A DNA stretch of 64,000 bases from Callorhinchus milii (taxonomy: Eukaryota), in assembly GCF_018977255.1 (NCBI RefSeq), contig NW_024704743.1, positions 25,484,001 through 25,548,000 of the forward strand, given 5' to 3'. A model generated the notes under the pieces. The model was given only the letters and a program-made list of their open reading frames with translations. It was not told the origin of the DNA and did not search any database. This document shows, one piece after another, positions 48,790 to 64,000 of the stretch (positions are counted from its first letter, which is position 1; every line of letters begins with the position of its first letter). The position numbers and the translations under genes were made by a program.

Positions 48790-49125
48790 TGAATACTACT
48801 ACTTGCATTTTGATATAGTGTCTTATCACATCTTTCAAGCATCTCAAAACACTTCACAGAATATTACTGTCAAGTGAATTGACTATATTTTGTGGGCGAA
48901 ACACAAACAGTCAGGGATTGAGTGACCAATTTATTTTTTTTGTTGAAGGAATTATCATCCTGGAAAAGCGATCCGCCAATTGGCTAACAACCGACTTCCT
49001 ACCTACTGCTAGGTAAACAGGCATGTAGAGTAAGGAAACGTAAGTAACTTGAGTAAGGCTCAATATTTCGCCCTGCTGGGAATCAAACCCAGGTCTCTCA
49101 CTTGCGAGGCGAGTGCTCTAACTAC
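48790..49125 (-). mobile_element. tRNA-derived SINE
   Basis: tRNA-like head (revcomp GTAGTTAGAGCACTCGCCTCGCAAGTGAGAGACCTGGGTTTGATTCC) and family body and tail. Confidence 0.8.
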
Positions 49126-50485
49126 TCTGTTGCAGGTATGATTCCCATTCTGTGCTGAGTATGCTATCAATAGGGCAGATGGGACACGATCTTCAGTTCC
49201 AACACCTTTTGGTTAGGCAGGGAAAATCCAATTGTTCCCGATCATTATCCAAAGATCTGCAAGAATATGTGAGATGTGGATTATTTTGGTTGACCAGATA
49301 AATCTTGTTTTTGACAATTGAATAGCCTGCCAATACTCAGGCTGTCTAGGCTCAAACAAAATTTATGGTAATTTGAACAAAATACCTAAGAATGAATCTT
49401 CCCTCTTCTCATACAGTGGAATGCTATACATCAACATGTCATTAGTCTGCATGCTAATTTTAGGGCTGTAACGTGAGCAACAAATAAATGATAAAAACAA
49501 GTTACTGGTTGGGTATTGGAAAACAATTTGAACTAGCATTTATCGCACCTTAAATTAGCAACACAGGTTGCCAGTTGTAATCTACAGTATCCCAGTTTGA
49601 ATCCTGGGATTTTCAGTAGTTAGTAACTGACAAGGTTTTTTTTGGGGGGTCAGCCATCACATGCATAAGAGTATCCAAACTAAACAGAATTCCAATCATT
49701 CCACCTATAAGGTAGATTAAATACTAATGGATGTACTGAAGGCAAACTTAAGACTTGGGGGCAACTACATTAACAGCTGAATGAAGCAGCATTAAAACGC
49801 AATCACAATTTTGTAGGTGCAATTTATATTCAATAATGGCAGGATTTGAGAAAAATAAGTGATTTGCAGCAATGTTAACCTGTCCCCAGGAGTCTGAAAT
49901 ATCCATTTCTGCAAGAGTCTGTGAATTTCCAATGTAATTGTCTTCAGTGTTTGGCAGCTTTATTTCTTTGCCGTCTGTGTACCAGTGTGTGTGTATATAT
50001 ACATTATATATATAGACACACACACACTGGTACGTTGACCTTGAATCCAGAATTGAAAGGAATCTTGTACCGACTTGTTTAATTTGCAAAAATTCAAATG
50101 CTTTAATACTGCATTAAATATAAATCAAACACAAGGATGTCAAACTTCATTGAGTTTCCAAGGATTGACCAAAAATGTAGGTCTCTACCTACTTTAAGTC
50201 CACACATTAATTTCCATCTTTCCACCTCACTTTGTCACGATTTAGCAGTGTTCACCAGATGGGAGTAGCAGTCTCCTGGGCCCTGTGTTTATGAATTCTT
50301 TATCCAATATGAACAAATGATTCCCTTTTAAATTGGCAAAAGATTAAGAATCCATTTAAACTTTAATTCACTATCATGGTGAGTTGTTTTTAGTGGCTTC
50401 CTGTGCAACTTTATGCACTAAAACAAGGAAGCACAGATTCAGCTTGTGCTAAAATCATACCACCATCTCAAACTTTCATTAAGTA

Positions 50486-62805
<12,320 letters not shown>

Positions 62806-62959
62806 CTGTAATGAAACAAATAAATAAAGCCATCTGATCTGCCTACAACACAAATTGCTAAACAGATTTTGCTTATTTTAAATCCCTTTAGAATGCACCT
62901 CATTTGGCAAAAGGTTTGTCGGTGATTTTGTTCACTGAAGAATACAAACCTCTCCTAAA

Positions 62960-63790
62960 GTGGGGTCTTCTTTTCCCTTTAACTTATCTTCCACATGAAA
63001 CCCACCAGCTATTCTCAAACTCCTTCCTGCCCAGTTCTTGACTACCCAATTGCATCCCCACCTGCCCCATGTTTGCAAATGTCGTTTACAATTCTTCCTC
63101 ACTTTGAAAACTGGCATCATCACCCCCTTCTCCAAAACTCTACCTTTGACCACATTCCAGTTACCGACCTATATACAAACTGTCCTTCCTTTTCAAAGTT
63201 CTGGGAAGATTGTTGCTACCCAACTTTGTTGCTATCTCTCCCTTTACTTCATGGTTGACCTCCTCCAGTTCGATTTGTATTCTGCCCACTGCAGCAAGAC
63301 AGCTGTCATCAAAGTCATAACTGCAACTCTGTCTGTTCATCTGCCTCAATTTCTCTGCTGCCTTGGACATGGTCAACCACACAATTCTCTTTGATTGTCT
63401 TTCCTCACTCATCCACCTCCATGGAATTGCATTTTCTTGGTTTCAATTCTACTTGGCTCATCACCACTACTTTGTCTTCTTCAATGACTTCTCCTGCTCC
63501 TGCCGTCACCTGTAAGGCACTTGAAGAGCTCTATCCTCGGTCTTCTCCTTTTTCTCATTTACATGATTGCAGATGCACCTCCACAAACGTGGTACATTCC
63601 TCATGTACACCGACAACACCCAAATCTCTCTCTACCCCTAACCTGGATTCAACTGTCATCCTGACTGTCAAACACCAAATCCTGAACAAGTCTCATCTTT
63701 CCACTCAACATAAACAAAACAGAAGGTATTGTCTTGGGCTCCATCACTTCCCTCACCAAGATCCATTTCTCCTCTGTTTATTAACAAATT
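62960..63790 (+). mobile_element. Old, heavily decayed L2 RT fragment
   Basis: LKTGIITPF, SAHCSKTAVIKV and ADDTQ-like remnants. Confidence 0.6.
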
Positions 63791-64000
63791 CAACTGTATT
63801 CAACTTGTGACAAGTTGGTAAATGTCAAAAGAAGGCTTACTATGTCAGTACTCTCACTGCTGCTGAAGTTGGGTTTTATAAGTCTGCGAGGCATAGAAAA
63901 CCTAGTTTGATCATTTGTGTTGCTTCGTGTTCTGTCAGAGTTCCACAGTTCAAAGTTTGATGGAGGCAAGAATGGAGGAATAACAGCTTTCAGCTTGTCA

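Overview
Vertebrate genomic DNA, most likely from a cartilaginous fish (inferred from the L2, CR1, tRNA-SINE and DeuSINE repeat content and from protein divergence; the species cannot be fixed from sequence alone). Four spliced protein-coding genes were reconstructed by hand with consistent intron phases. EXOC3/Sec6 (+) has 12 coding exons at 8076-23117 (740 aa) and one GC-AG intron. PIGM (-) has 5 coding exons at 33694-27189 (421 aa). PDCD6/ALG-2 (+) has 6 exons at 34531-46740 (191 aa, polyQ N-terminus). Only the last 7 exons of ANKS6 (-) are present, at 62805-50486. PIGM and PDCD6 share a CpG-rich bidirectional promoter. EXOC3 intron 1 starts with a ~0.9 kb C-rich tract and a 21-bp minisatellite. 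The rest is L2 and CR1 LINE debris, L2-tailed SINEs, hAT MITEs and one unclassified ~300-bp repeat family. I found no convincing new multi-gene system. The most interesting points are the intron-containing PIGM head-to-head with PDCD6, the ALG-2 polyQ, splice-site peculiarities and repeat biology. Comparisons with human and mouse genes and repeat consensuses are from memory, not from searches.
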